A DNA stretch of 63,204 nt, the filler included, from Folioceros fuciformis (lineage: Eukaryota), in the NCBI GenBank assembly GCA_049999805.1. It is 7 parts of 7 records of this genome, joined end to end, with 100 filler letters (N's around TTAATTAATTAA, not from the genome) between each part and the next. Parts side by side here need not be neighbours in the genome. Positions count along the whole stretch, not along the records: positions 62,040 to 63,204 come from JBNGIO010003103.1; 6 more parts are not named here. One strand, given 5' to 3'. A program made the translations under genes and the position numbers. The notes beneath the pieces were generated by a model. The model made no database searches, was not told the origin of the DNA, and was given only the letters and a program-made list of their open reading frames with translations. Positions 62,545 to 63,204 of the stretch are shown here, piece after piece. Numbering within the stretch: the stretch's first letter is position 1; each line of letters begins with the position of its first letter.

Positions 62545-63204
62545 ATGCCTGGCCGGGGTAGACCTCGTGCAGATCGATGTCAACAAAGGAGACGACGTTG
62601 TGGTAGTACTAGTAGGCTACAAAACAGAAACCGAGTTCCTATAGACTCTGTTCTGGATCTGTACGAGGCTAACTACCCTGACATACGGCTAAGACAGTGG
62701 ATTGCTAGAAGTGAGGGCACAGCAAGTTCCAGAGCGCGTGCCATCAGGCTGCAACAGTTGAGAACCTCTAAAGTAGATTCCCTCTACCGAGCTCGGTGCA
62801 TAGCTAGGAACCAGCCTGATCCTCGTTCTCAACCATTCGTCAAGCGTGCTGAGGAGGAATCCACAATTTCAGCCTTATTCCCCAACACACCTAAACTCTG
62901 TCCTATTGCTGACTGGGAATTACAAACTTTTGATGAAGTCTGCAATCATCCAAATTACAACAGGACAATTAGGTGGCTGAGGGGAGAAACATCTGCAGCA
63001 GACGACGCAGTTGCTGCTGGAAAATCTACTTCCTACAAGAAGCAAGTTGTGAGATTGGCTGAAGACAAGCAAATTTCAGTGGAGGTTCCCTTAGGGACTC
63101 CCCTTGAGAAACTCCTCTTCAATCAGCACATCCTGAGAGACGGTGTCGCTCGCCTGCAAGTCTGCATCGACACTCAAATTTCCAGAATTGACAGAAACAT
63201 CTCA
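62545..63204 (+). CDS. Open-ended ORF (at least 220 aa) after the PBS, Arg-rich N-terminus, absent from the ORF track
   Basis: Manual translation MPGRGRPRADRCQQRRRRCG...IDTQISRIDRNIS has no stop up to the window end. Confidence 0.7.
   Translation, partial: MPGRGRPRADRCQQRRRRCGSTSRLQNRNRVPIDSVLDLYEANYPDIRLRQWIARSEGTASSRARAIRLQQLRTSKVDSLYRARCIARNQPDPRSQPFVKRAEEESTISALFPNTPKLCPIADWELQTFDEVCNHPNYNRTIRWLRGETSAADDAVAAGKSTSYKKQVVRLAEDKQISVEVPLGTPLEKLLFNQHILRDGVARLQVCIDTQISRIDRNIS

Noticed and set aside
63001-63033. DAVAAGKST as a Walker A motif
   Set aside because: Lacks G or A at the first position of [AG]x4GK[ST], and there is no Walker B context.

Overview
Eukaryotic land-plant nuclear DNA with compact, intron-rich genes (GT-AG introns, mostly about 100 bp). 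The window is seven contigs joined by artificial 100-nt spacers (N44-TTAATTAATTAA-N44), so adjacency across spacers is not biological. Contig 1 (1-8918) has four minus-strand genes: GLTP, a half-size ABCG transporter, an enoyl-CoA isomerase-like gene with an in-frame stop, and a TMEM41/DedA-family gene. Contig 2 (9019-25187) has CNOT10 (5'-truncated), a two-exon orphan low-complexity protein, a CYP88/KAO-like P450 and a 26-bp minisatellite. Contig 3 (25288-41160) is most of ATM. Contig 4 (41261-56578) has a DExH helicase with C2H2/dsRBD-like/UBA/RWD domains, a plastid SOUL protein, cyclophilin H/CYP22, an HGSNAT-like gene and a truncated germin-like gene. Contig 5 is a decayed Ty3/gypsy pol carrying a nested solo LTR. 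Contigs 6 and 7 each show an ORF, a short spacer, CA, a tRNA-iMet primer-binding site, then another ORF. In contig 6 the upstream ORF, after correcting one homopolymer frameshift, encodes a 55-aa SMP/LEA-like protein resembling the short microbial type. The compactness and the presence of KAO suggest a non-moss seed-free plant such as a hornwort, but this is inference only.
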